Shown here in pieces: positions 49,604-58,542 of a stretch of DNA of 64,000 bases. The translations under genes were made by a program, and so were the position numbers. Positions within the stretch are counted from its first letter, which is position 1. Each line of letters opens with the position of its first letter. The stretch is from a virus: IMG/VR virus record IMGVR_UViG_3300050034_000187, positions 7,866-71,865 of that record; one strand, given 5' to 3'. The notes beneath the pieces are model-generated. The model was not told the origin of the DNA and did not search any database. It saw only the letters and a list, made by a program, of their open reading frames with translations.

Positions 49604-49954
49604 TCACTCCTTTGTTTGTAGCGCGGCATCCAATGGTTGACTCAAATGCTTTGCAATATCAATATATAACCAACTTCCATTGCAGAAAATATATACATAT
49701 TTCCCATCTAGCATTGTATTCAGCATAGAAATAGAATCACTTTCAATTGGATCATCTCCATCAAATACAACTAAATTAATATTGCTAGATAAAACGTCTG
49801 TGTTCCCTTTCTTAACTAGATCAAATGCTTTTTCTTCGGTATTATAAAAATCATGCAACAGTTTCCCAGCGTGAGCTAGATCACCGTCATAACGAACTCG
49901 CATACCCAAAAATGTATCATTTTTCTTTACTACAATTGCTGCAATTGTTCCCAC
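49604..49954 (-). CDS. Hypothetical phage protein
   Basis: GTG start after AGGAGA; Y.DG...G..L...Y pattern. Confidence 0.5.
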   Translation of the reverse strand: MGTIAAIVVKKNDTFLGMRVRYDGDLAHAGKLLHDFYNTEEKAFDLVKKGNTDVLSSNINLVVFDGDDPIESDSISMLNTMLDGKYVYIFCNGSWLYIDIAKHLSQPLDAALQTKE

Positions 49955-50051
49955 CAGTTTTCTCCTTTTTACCATTGTCTTTTTGTGTTTTGCGCTCAAT
50001 CTGGATGAACCATGCCTTGGGATACATTTTAAATATCCTTTCTATTTTGAT

Positions 50052-50492
50052 TTACGCCACATCCTTCCGAACCTGAAATCCAACAGCCGAGCCAACCGCG
50101 TTTACAAATACCAGAACGAGAAGGCATACTACGCTCAGTGCGAATATATGACAACCGCTCATAATACCTTCGAGGGCAATTGCGCAGAAAAATCCAAGAA
50201 CCTTCGAAGAGCGTGCCACCGAAAACCAATTGAAGGTTTCCTTGAAAGACATGATCAGAGCGGCCCCGGCCCAAATCCAAGACAGAGGATGATCCTTCAC
50301 TTCAAAATGAATCAGAACAAACGAAAACACCGGAAATAGAGAACCAATTGCCAATCCCATCAATGCCGAAACCCGCGCTCCACGAGCAAATGCGCGGCGA
50401 ATCTGCTGAACGACCGTCATCTTTTCCAACTGGGCGGCGGTGATCGTGGAAGCATGAACATTGGTACGACGAGAAATTTTCTTGGTTGCCAT
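50052..50492 (-). CDS. Membrane protein, GC-richer than its surroundings
   Basis: Four hydrophobic segments; promoter TTGCAA-16-TATTAT. Confidence 0.55.
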   Translation of the reverse strand: MATKKISRRTNVHASTITAAQLEKMTVVQQIRRAFARGARVSALMGLAIGSLFPVFSFVLIHFEVKDHPLSWIWAGAALIMSFKETFNWFSVARSSKVLGFFCAIALEGIMSGCHIFALSVVCLLVLVFVNAVGSAVGFQVRKDVA

Positions 50493-50582
50493 TTTTGTAT
50501 TTGTCCCTTTCGAAGTTTGATCAATCTCAAGTACAAATATATAATACCACAGTTCTAGTACTTTGCAACAAGAAAATTAAAA

Positions 50583-50810
50583 TTATTTTTCTGATTCATG
50601 ATGAAGAGCGTGACTATTCACTCCCCATACATCATATTTAAAGACTGCATCATCATCTGCTCGGAATGTATCATCTTCATCCCATTCAACCGGAATAGTT
50701 TTCTTTTCATCTTCCCAGAGACGATAGATGTCATTTTTCTTAATTTCAGATAAGCGGACTATATTCCAAGTATTATCAACCAATTTTTCAACAATTCGTA
50801 AATTATCCAT
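50583..50810 (-). CDS. Hypothetical protein
   Basis: Operonic ORF. Confidence 0.45.
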   Translation of the reverse strand: MDNLRIVEKLVDNTWNIVRLSEIKKNDIYRLWEDEKKTIPVEWDEDDTFRADDDAVFKYDVWGVNSHALHHESEK

Positions 50811-51002
50811 TTAATCCTCCAGCAACGTTTTCAATTCATTCTTGAGTTTAATTATAGCATCTTTTGCCACTCGCAATTCATGCTCAAGAAAAGCAATTCT
50901 TTCTTTATCTGTCGGTTCTTGAATAATTGTTTTGCATTTGGATAACTCGCCTGTTGAAGATTTTTCTAATCCACATATTTCTGCTGCCGCTTGATCAAAC
51001 AT
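50811..51002 (-). CDS. Small coiled-coil protein
   Basis: SD AGGAGA. Confidence 0.45.
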   Translation of the reverse strand: MFDQAAAEICGLEKSSTGELSKCKTIIQEPTDKERIAFLEHELRVAKDAIIKLKNELKTLLED

Positions 51003-51015
51003 ATTTAATTCTCCT

Positions 51016-51420
51016 TTAACGAATTACTGATTGATGTTCCCGTTCACCTTCGCCATAAAGATGCATTCCTTTTTCACGAATAAGGTTGGCGGCAGCTTGC
51101 GGACTATCTTCAAAAAATTGTGTTAAATCTTCCTTTGAAAGTTCCTTAGAAGAAGTGGACCAGCATTCGTAAAATCGCTGAGAATTATATTTAGCACGAA
51201 GTGTCATATAGTTCATATACTGTGAGATTATTTTTTCTAACGATGCATGCTCTTCATCATCTTCCATCATTGCTGCCATGTCTTCGCTTTGATCTTCCAA
51301 CGAAAAATCCATGATATTTTCTAATCCCTCATTGCAAAACCAAATAATGAAGTACTTCATATCAGGTTCAAGAATTAAATTCATAAGTTCCCTTCTATGG
51401 AAGAAGTTGCGGATATGCAA
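51016..51420 (-). CDS. Hypothetical protein (true start probably MNLIL)
   Basis: Operonic ORF. Confidence 0.5.
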   Translation of the reverse strand: MHIRNFFHRRELMNLILEPDMKYFIIWFCNEGLENIMDFSLEDQSEDMAAMMEDDEEHASLEKIISQYMNYMTLRAKYNSQRFYECWSTSSKELSKEDLTQFFEDSPQAAANLIREKGMHLYGEGEREHQSVIR

Positions 51421-51763
51421 TAATTTTAAATGGAACGATCACCGGCTTCCATCCTCGTGAAATTATATCATTTGATTCAACTGGCTTTCTTCCGGGAGCC
51501 AATGATAGCGTTATATGATATGTTCCTCCATGGGGACGTTGAATAGTTCCATTGATACTTACTACCAGCGCTTCAACTCCACTTGGATCATTCGCATATC
51601 CAACAACTTTAACATTTGCAAGCGGAGGAATACCGTCTTCTTCATGCCAATCAAACTTGACAGTGATATGATGTGCCACCACTTTTGAAAATTTTGGATG
51701 AAAATTTTGTAGCAATTCCTTTCTTGATTCATTGGTTAAAACATAAGCCGAATATCTTTTCAT
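51395..51763 (-). CDS. 2H phosphoesterase
   Basis: Two H-x-T motifs (HHITV, YHITLS) about 70 residues apart. Confidence 0.75.
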   Translation of the reverse strand: MKRYSAYVLTNESRKELLQNFHPKFSKVVAHHITVKFDWHEEDGIPPLANVKVVGYANDPSGVEALVVSINGTIQRPHGGTYHITLSLAPGRKPVESNDIISRGWKPVIVPFKIIAYPQLLP

Positions 51764-51965
51764 AATATCCTCATTATATCACAAAATAAGGGCAAAAACA
51801 ATCATAACTAATACAATATGCAAAAAACAAATTGCAATAAACAATAGACATAATGCTATAAAAGAGCGGAGCAATTGACAAAGTATATTACCGCCTAGCA
51901 AAAGCATTTATCATTTTTGAGTAAGGTTGTTATAATTATTCTAGCCCTTTGTTTTGTTCCGTGCA

Positions 51966-52526
51966 TTAGAGGATATTGCTATCTTCCAATGTACGAACAT
52001 CTGCATCAGATAAAGTAATTTCTGACTTGATATTTAAATCTAGCAACTTATCTTGCAAAGATCGTTTCTCTTTCTTCAATTTATTTAACTTATTAATAAA
52101 CATATCCTTTTGATCATAATATAAAAACCCAGAAGTAATAACCGATTCTGCATAATAAGAATCTGTAGTCTTTTCCTTCATTCGGTGTTGCTTATCCGAA
52201 ATGTGTTCTGGAAGACTTGCTAATAGTGCAGATGCTACCGGAATTAATTCTTTAATTTCCTTATCAAACCGTGCAATCAAGGTAAGAGTGCTTGCTACTC
52301 CGCTAGCTACATTAGCTCTCGCTACTTCATTTCGAATATATGCTTCCACTTTATATAATGCTACATGTTTTGCAGCATTATTAATCAAAGTTTGCTGAGC
52401 GGCGGCTCTCGCAACGCCATAATCGGTATACTCATTAATAGTAATTGTTGTAGCCAACGGCTCAGCAGCAATTACATTGTTAATTTCCTTTAGAATTGCA
52501 CTCGCTTTACGTAGATTAATTTGCAT
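51966..52526 (-). CDS. Hypothetical helical protein
   Basis: Start MQINLRKA; C-terminal L.D.LL.LNI..EI. Confidence 0.55.
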   Translation of the reverse strand: MQINLRKASAILKEINNVIAAEPLATTITINEYTDYGVARAAAQQTLINNAAKHVALYKVEAYIRNEVARANVASGVASTLTLIARFDKEIKELIPVASALLASLPEHISDKQHRMKEKTTDSYYAESVITSGFLYYDQKDMFINKLNKLKKEKRSLQDKLLDLNIKSEITLSDADVRTLEDSNIL

Positions 52527-53316
52527 GTTTCGCACACTCCTTTTTCTTTAGTTCATCGGCCGCCCGTGTAATTGGCCATGGTTTAGTATCAAATATAGCA
52601 TCATTTGGTAATGGAAACATAGTTCCCTGATGAGTAGTTGTATTTTTGATAAATTGTGAAAAATCTTCGCTATTAACTTCTGCTTGCGGATATTCAAATT
52701 CCATCACATGGTGTGTTGTATCATCAATAACAATTTTATAAAACGCATGGGGAACTACAACTTTATTTGCTCCAATAGTTTTATCGGTTTCATCATAAAT
52801 CGGTCCAACATAAATCGTGAGGGAATGCCCGGTTGATACTGCCCAATTTCTAATTGCATCTTCCAGATATTTCCACCCTCGACGATTTAAAAATGGCGCT
52901 TGGGGAGAAATATTACTTAAAATAAAACTTTCTTGCTGAGCAACTGCATCAAAATTGTTATCACCATCAGGATCTAAATGTCCCAAATCATATCCGGTTT
53001 TGGCATAATCTTCGGGAGTTGCACGTTGATTCTTTGGAAGAGAAACATCAGATGCAAATTGATTCTTTCTTGCTAAACAACCAACTGCATGAGCAGGAGT
53101 CAAAGTATAGGCAACATAGATAGGAATCTTTGCATCAAGATCATTTAATGTAATATAATTTCCTCGGCAAATAAGGCTGGTATGCTGCTTATTGCTCTGT
53201 GGAAGACCATAAGGAACTTGAATATTACAAGTTGAAACATCATGTGGAGAAGGTTGCTCCGAAAATCCAAAAGGAATTAAGAACATTATTCCAATAATCA
53301 TAAAAATTTTATTCAT
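52516..53316 (-). CDS. Secreted DNA/RNA non-specific endonuclease (NucA/EndA, His-Me finger)
   Basis: Signal peptide; GYDLGHLDP, SFILSNISPQ...LNR..W..LE, GPIY, VVPHAFYKIV. Confidence 0.9.
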   Translation of the reverse strand: MNKIFMIIGIMFLIPFGFSEQPSPHDVSTCNIQVPYGLPQSNKQHTSLICRGNYITLNDLDAKIPIYVAYTLTPAHAVGCLARKNQFASDVSLPKNQRATPEDYAKTGYDLGHLDPDGDNNFDAVAQQESFILSNISPQAPFLNRRGWKYLEDAIRNWAVSTGHSLTIYVGPIYDETDKTIGANKVVVPHAFYKIVIDDTTHHVMEFEYPQAEVNSEDFSQFIKNTTTHQGTMFPLPNDAIFDTKPWPITRAADELKKKECAKHAN

Positions 53317-53325
53317 TTTAATCCT

Positions 53326-53670
53326 TTAAAATAGTTGATTTGAGAATTGCTTTGCCATATTTCCTTGTTTCTTTCTATTACCACCGGTGCCTATTTCATC
53401 ATGAGTAAAGATTCCATATAGTTCAATAATATTTGGATTACTTCCATACATTCTATAAACAATAGAAATATCATGTGTCAAATGCGCATGCTTCATTCCT
53501 TTCATTTTCTGTTGAAATAATCCATCTGATGCAAATGGTTTGTCCGATGATCCAAATAATCCTGTTGGATTATTTTCTTTGAAAGACTTGAATACTTCTA
53601 GTTTATCTTTCATATCGGAATGTTTTAGAAATGATTGGATGAATAATTTACAGACTTTAAATTTTACCAT
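53326..53670 (-). CDS. RelE/YafQ-like mRNA interferase (toxin fold)
   Basis: Start MVKFKV; KHAHLTHDISIVY...IELYGIFTHDEIG. Confidence 0.65.
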   Translation of the reverse strand: MVKFKVCKLFIQSFLKHSDMKDKLEVFKSFKENNPTGLFGSSDKPFASDGLFQQKMKGMKHAHLTHDISIVYRMYGSNPNIIELYGIFTHDEIGTGGNRKKQGNMAKQFSNQLF

Positions 53671-53812
53671 CCACATTCTCCTTGACAAGATTATCAAGGA
53701 AAGTGGACAATTCATCTCCCGTCATCGGGGCAGACCAATCAGCTTCATTGATCGAATTGACCGCTTCAACCAGAACATCGCTAGGCTCAGTAAAAATCTC
53801 TTCACTCAACAT
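53657..53812 (-). CDS. Acidic 51-aa protein overlapping the toxin start; candidate antitoxin
   Basis: Not in the ORF track; SD GGGAGG; promoter TTGACA-17-GATAAT (53868-53840); 14-nt overlap. Confidence 0.6.
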   Translation of the reverse strand: MLSEEIFTEPSDVLVEAVNSINEADWSAPMTGDELSTFLDNLVKENVDGKI

Positions 53813-53901
53813 TTTTGTGTTCCTCCCTCTGACTTATTTATTATCTCAAATATCAAAGTAAATGTCAAGCAATAATTTTGTTATTTTGGATAAATATTAT
53901 T

Positions 53902-54651
53902 ATGAATCAAGATATTATTTTACAATGCGGCGAGTTGGTAAAATCAGCAGAATCTTTAGAAAATCAAGCAAATTATGATGCATTATCCCTCTCAAATACT
54001 TGCGTAATAAAAACAATTTACGTAGATGAAAATGCAAATGATGTGTCAAACATAATTCAATCGTTTAGATCAATTGGATTTATTTCTATTGGAAAAGATA
54101 ATACTGCATTTATTATCTTTAGAGGTACTTCTGGAAACAAAGAATGGATTCAAGATTTTAAAAGTTGGCCAACATCTACCTCGGACGGGGGAGAAGAAGA
54201 TGGATTTCATGATCTATATCATGCTTTGTCTTTTACTACTTCTGCCTCTACAACGTTCATTAATGATCTGGGAACCTTTTTAAAGGACTTTACTACCATC
54301 TATATATCCGGGCATTCTCTGGGTGGCGCTCTGGCCGTTCTATTGGCATATGACCTATCCAAGCGCCAAGGAATCCATCTTGTTACGTTTGCAGCACCAA
54401 AAGTTGGGGATAGCACGTTTATTAAAAATCTAACAAATGCAAAATTGGATGCCATCATGTATGCCTATGCATTAGACCTTGTTCCAAGATTGCCGCCGGT
54501 ATATGCAGAATATCCTTATATTTGTAAATTGCCAGAACAAGCAGATATTTGCCAAACGGTACAATGTAGCCATTCATTGAAAACATATTTGCATATTCTT
54601 GACCCAAAAAATCATTCCCTTGATTCCTCGTGCATAATAAAGAAGGGATGA
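53902..54651 (+). CDS. Lipase class 3 (alpha/beta hydrolase)
   Basis: IIFRGT, GHSLGG nucleophile elbow, TFAAPKVGD, DLVPRLP, HSLKTY; TAAATA-N5-ATG. Confidence 0.88.
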   Translation: MNQDIILQCGELVKSAESLENQANYDALSLSNTCVIKTIYVDENANDVSNIIQSFRSIGFISIGKDNTAFIIFRGTSGNKEWIQDFKSWPTSTSDGGEEDGFHDLYHALSFTTSASTTFINDLGTFLKDFTTIYISGHSLGGALAVLLAYDLSKRQGIHLVTFAAPKVGDSTFIKNLTNAKLDAIMYAYALDLVPRLPPVYAEYPYICKLPEQADICQTVQCSHSLKTYLHILDPKNHSLDSSCIIKKG

Positions 54652-54664
54652 ATATTCATCCCTT
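54643..54664. terminator. Bidirectional terminator
   Basis: 22-bp perfect palindrome. Confidence 0.7.
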
Positions 54665-54873
54665 TAACCATCATAATAGTCGGCATGCTCAGAATCAATA
54701 ATTTGATCAACCACAATTTTCAGCGCTTCTTTTAATTCCGGAGTGGAATAAAGAAGATCCCATGCTGCGCGGAATTTAACAATCTAATCTTTCCTTTCTT
54801 TCGTATCAAATCCGCCATTCCAATGAATATACTCATCCGAGATGTGAGGTTCCATGCCAAACCAGTTTTTCAT
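54664..54873 (-). pseudogene. 70-codon gene with a single in-frame TAG at codon 30
   Basis: MKNWFGMEPH...KERKD*IVKFRAAWDLLY...DYYDG*. Confidence 0.55.
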
Positions 54874-54923
54874 GTTCTTCCCTTTCACCAACAAATATAT
54901 AATATCAAACTTCTAGGAAGAAG

Positions 54924-55139
54924 TCAAGCATTTTTCAAAATACTTGCAATAAATTTTGCTACATGAGATGGTTTAACTTCGCCATCGCCGGATTCCTTCC
55001 ATCGTCCGCGCCCGACATCAAATCCAGTCAGTTCATTTAATCCAATGGTGTGAGATTTGCCGGAAGGAAACTTAACTTTTAAATTAGATTCTCCGATAAC
55101 ATATTCGTATGTTTCATCTCTGAAAACAATTTTTCTCAA
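54924..55139 (-). CDS. Small hypothetical protein
   Basis: TTG start after AGGAGA. Confidence 0.5.
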   Translation of the reverse strand: MRKIVFRDETYEYVIGESNLKVKFPSGKSHTIGLNELTGFDVGRGRWKESGDGEVKPSHVAKFIASILKNA

Positions 55140-55214
55140 AGTATTCTCCTATTACTGCTCCAATAATTAAAAGACTACTTACTACAACTTTCATTCCATT
55201 AAGCATATTTTTCC

Positions 55215-55541
55215 TCACCATTCCAATAGAACTTCATTTCGAAGTTTGTTAACGTGATACTCCCTAATAGTATTATCTTCAAGTAGCGAAGTCAATGCTA
55301 AGTTGAGAGTATTTTCTGTCACCGGCCAACCACCAGTAATGCAACCGGCAGTAATAATCTCAGCAGTCTTTTCATCAATATCATAGGCAAAAAAATAGCT
55401 ATGAAAATCAGCCTCAGTAAGAAAATCAATAGAATCTTTCAAATTGATGACAGTGGCCTCTTTCGCCTGAGAAATTACCTCTGGCTTATTCTTATGCTCC
55501 AACACCGACCGAGTTAGCTGCTCATACAAACTATCTAGCAT
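55215..55541 (-). CDS. Hypothetical protein
   Basis: Start MLDSL after AAAGGAGA. Confidence 0.5.
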   Translation of the reverse strand: MLDSLYEQLTRSVLEHKNKPEVISQAKEATVINLKDSIDFLTEADFHSYFFAYDIDEKTAEIITAGCITGGWPVTENTLNLALTSLLEDNTIREYHVNKLRNEVLLEW

Positions 55542-55578
55542 GAAATCTCCTTTCACTACTTGCTCAGTATAGCACAGA

Positions 55579-56649
55579 TTATGAAATGGTATCTGGATTA
55601 TCTTTATATTTGCGATTGAGCCACTTGATTGCAAGAGCGCTTCCTTCGGAATTTTTACGAGGAACAATCGGTGTGATAACTATTCCTTCACTGATATGAA
55701 GCTCTTTCCCGCTGATTTGCTCACGCTTATTGGCATATTCTGGAAATGACGCCGGATCAAATGGAATCTGACCAAAATAATGAGTCCAAATATTCTTCAG
55801 TTTTTCGTATTTGCTATCAGAATGAATAGTTGAAATTGGGACTTCCTTTCCATCAACAATTACCTTGAATACTCGAACATCGGGATATTTAAATCCATAA
55901 CTCCATTTTTCACCCTGAAATGGAATGGCTTCACCAACAACCTGAAGGGTTTCATCATTGGTAAAAATACTGTTCAAAATATTTTCAAGATGTGAATTTG
56001 CAATGGCTTGCCAATACTTGTTCCCGTCGTTCTTTTCAATTACTAATCCATTTGAGCCAATTCCCTTGGAAGTAACCGAAAATATTCCATGTTCTCGTAG
56101 AAGATTAATTTGACTTCCATTGATTTTTTCAGTCAGATCGGCCAGTTCTCCGGGAACAAATTCATCGCCAAACGTATGATAATTATCAACATCATGTTTT
56201 ACAAAATATGCGTCGTAAACATCATCCATATTCTTCACATGCATTTCAACCGGCATAGGAGGAACGTATCGAATAATTCCAAGATTCTCCGAAAGATCTT
56301 CATTCAAAGGAAGCTCTTCGACACTATTCAGTCCAAGCTTAGAAAGAACCCAAGCAGGATCAAGAGAAACACCTTCTGACAATTCATTCCTCAAGCGAAC
56401 CGAGGTAACGCGATCATGATCTGACCCATGAAGAAATGAAACTCCTGTTTCTGAATTTACATAATGTTTACGAATCTCCTCTGGCAAAATTGATCTTTCT
56501 GGAGCAAAGATAACAATCTCTCCATCATTCGGAGCACTATCTTTTCCCATCACAATTTGAAACTTTCCAATCTTGCCTACCACCAAACGATCAGCATTTG
56601 GATGAGGTAGAATCGAAATGTGATCTGCAATTACTTTCCATAGGGCCAT
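55579..56649 (-). CDS. RNA ligase, Rnl5/DRB0094 family (N-terminal OB domain plus nucleotidyltransferase)
   Basis: ILPHPNADRL, TEKINGSQ (motif I Lys), QVVGE, VRVF, EGIVI (IV), AIKWLN (V). Confidence 0.88.
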   Translation of the reverse strand: MALWKVIADHISILPHPNADRLVVGKIGKFQIVMGKDSAPNDGEIVIFAPERSILPEEIRKHYVNSETGVSFLHGSDHDRVTSVRLRNELSEGVSLDPAWVLSKLGLNSVEELPLNEDLSENLGIIRYVPPMPVEMHVKNMDDVYDAYFVKHDVDNYHTFGDEFVPGELADLTEKINGSQINLLREHGIFSVTSKGIGSNGLVIEKNDGNKYWQAIANSHLENILNSIFTNDETLQVVGEAIPFQGEKWSYGFKYPDVRVFKVIVDGKEVPISTIHSDSKYEKLKNIWTHYFGQIPFDPASFPEYANKREQISGKELHISEGIVITPIVPRKNSEGSALAIKWLNRKYKDNPDTIS

Positions 56650-56650
56650 A

Positions 56651-56779
56651 TTAATTCTCCTTAATTTGTTCTTCCATACGAATCATCAGTTCAATAGCAT
56701 GCTTCATGGAAATTGTCTCTGGAATAGATTGATAATCACCGTCCATAACGCAGTTCACATCGATGATGGTATCATTCAT
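56651..56779 (-). CDS. 42-aa leaderless ORF preceding the RNA ligase
   Basis: ATG just after promoter TTGACA-17-TAATAT (56814-56786). Confidence 0.45.
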   Translation of the reverse strand: MNDTIIDVNCVMDGDYQSIPETISMKHAIELMIRMEEQIKEN

Positions 56780-56820
56780 GGTATTATATTATCAAAGTTC
56801 CAATGGATTGTCAACACAAA

Positions 56821-57030
56821 GATGGTTGCTATGAACGTTACTGCGGCTTTAACTTACGTCCCAGTCGGTAGATTGAACATCCAATCCCGATAAACCGAGT
56901 TTCTAAACCGGGTCTAACGGGCCTAATGGCCGTCGGATCTCACAGCCTAAGCTCTGTCGCTTTTCCGCTTTCTTCAAGTCGGTCCGCGAGGATTCCGTTA
57001 CGCACCGCAGTAACGTTCATAGCAACCATC
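56821..57030 (-). ncRNA. Candidate structured non-coding RNA (210 nt) closed by a perfect 26-bp terminal stem
   Basis: 56821-56846 and 57005-57030 are exact reverse complements; 51% GC (107/210); at least three internal hairpins with G-U pairs on the minus strand; followed by UUUGUGUU. Confidence 0.7.
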
Positions 57031-57043
57031 CACCTATAAAGAC

Positions 57044-57640
57044 CTACTTCGCATACTGCTTGGTTTCTGCCTCAGTAAGAGCATTACGAAGAGCAGCCAG
57101 ATCAACCTTAACACTCTCCTTGCTCTTGCTCTTGATCTGCTCACCAAAGAGACGAATCTCATCAATTGAACTCAACTTGTACGTTCTGATGACAACGATA
57201 TTCTCATCAGAAAGGCCCTGCGAAGGTGCAGAAATCTTCTCATCCAGCCCAACAATATTTTCCTTGTCAATGTGCTTACCATCCAGAAAATACTCGGACT
57301 TACCAGCCTTCAGAAAAATAACATCAAGATAAAATGTACCGCCGTTATGAACGATGATAGGACTATTCGGAATGCGGAAACCCCACTTGCGTTCGCCAAC
57401 CGTGAAAGAATCCGGATTCAAGCCTTCCTTTTCCAGATGCTTCTTTACCATATTTTCATACCCGCTAGAATTGGTATTGGTAAAAAGCATAACATTGGAG
57501 CCAATGGTCTTCTTGGTGATATGACCATTCTGAAGGTTGCTCTTACCACCCTTGAGCTTAACCTCAACAGTACTATCAATTCCAGCAAAAGTTACTCCAG
57601 CAATCTGTGCGAGAATATCAGAAATCTGATCAATCTTCAT
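57044..57640 (-). CDS. Conserved-looking phage hypothetical protein, possibly SH3/WYL-like nucleic-acid binder
   Basis: Promoter TTGACA-17-TATTAT (57711-57683); C-ending codon bias; C-terminal VIRTYKLSSIDEI recalls the WYL R.FRL.RI motif (weak). Confidence 0.55.
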   Translation of the reverse strand: MKIDQISDILAQIAGVTFAGIDSTVEVKLKGGKSNLQNGHITKKTIGSNVMLFTNTNSSGYENMVKKHLEKEGLNPDSFTVGERKWGFRIPNSPIIVHNGGTFYLDVIFLKAGKSEYFLDGKHIDKENIVGLDEKISAPSQGLSDENIVVIRTYKLSSIDEIRLFGEQIKSKSKESVKVDLAALRNALTEAETKQYAK

Positions 57641-57719
57641 AATGATTTGTTCCTTTCGTTTTCGGTGATTGACTACTCTTATATAATAGCAAAGGATCGG
57701 TGGATTGTCAACAATTATT

Positions 57720-58124
57720 TTAAATCAGTTTGTGAAGTTTCTCTTCATCAAATTCAATTTTCTCCACCAAAAAATGATCATTTCCAATCACACCAGCATC
57801 TGTACGATTCTTCCAAGTATAAGCGGTAATTTCCACGATACTCCAGTTTCGTGCGCCATGGCCATAGAACTCAACAATAGGAACACCAATCTTCTTTGCT
57901 GCAAACTGATTCGCCCAATCGACGGCCTCAATATAATCAACGTTGGCAGGAATTGCAAGATGCATCACCTTCTGGAAGCCACGCCCCTCACAAAGGTCCG
58001 GGGAATATCTCAATGAAAAAAACTTCATATTCGCATACCTCTGATCAGCCGCAATGGCTGCATCTTCGGTTGTATGCTCATTTCCTCGATCATCAATATA
58101 AACAGTGCGAGTTTCTTTTTGCAT
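57720..58124 (-). CDS. Hypothetical protein
   Basis: Promoter TTGACA-16-TATTAT; SD AGGAG before MQKET. Confidence 0.55.
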   Translation of the reverse strand: MQKETRTVYIDDRGNEHTTEDAAIAADQRYANMKFFSLRYSPDLCEGRGFQKVMHLAIPANVDYIEAVDWANQFAAKKIGVPIVEFYGHGARNWSIVEITAYTWKNRTDAGVIGNDHFLVEKIEFDEEKLHKLI

Positions 58125-58207
58125 ATCAATCTCCTTCACTTAATAATACCACAATTGCAATTATTGTCAATGATTAAGTCTTGATAATTTGCGCATCACT
58201 GCCAAGA

Positions 58208-58483
58208 TTATCCTTTGTCCATTGTGCCCCACGCCTTGAGCACAGCTATATCACCCGAGCAGTACGGACAATCTTCCATAAAATCTCCGCATCGGATCGT
58301 GCCGGTTCCACCACACGATTTGCAAGAAAGCTGATGCTTTGAAATAACTTTTCCCATCTCATCTGACAGTTTCGTTAGGCGCTCTATATCAGCACGATAC
58401 TGATCTCGGTCTCTGGTCTGCTCGGATAGTACCAGATTATATGCAATTATGTAAGCATCGAGCAGATCATCTTTGTTTGTCAT
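58208..58483 (-). CDS. Hypothetical protein with DnaJ-type Zn finger
   Basis: CKSCGGTG...CPYCSG; promoter TTGACA-17-TAATAT. Confidence 0.55.
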   Translation of the reverse strand: MTNKDDLLDAYIIAYNLVLSEQTRDRDQYRADIERLTKLSDEMGKVISKHQLSCKSCGGTGTIRCGDFMEDCPYCSGDIAVLKAWGTMDKG

Positions 58484-58542
58484 TCCCGACTCCTGTAAAC
58501 TGCTAACAGATACATATTAACAATTTACGGGAGTAATGTCAA

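Noticed and set aside
56821-57030. Retron msr-msd
   Set aside because: Terminal inverted repeats fit a1/a2, but there is no reverse transcriptase in the window and no single long msd hairpin.
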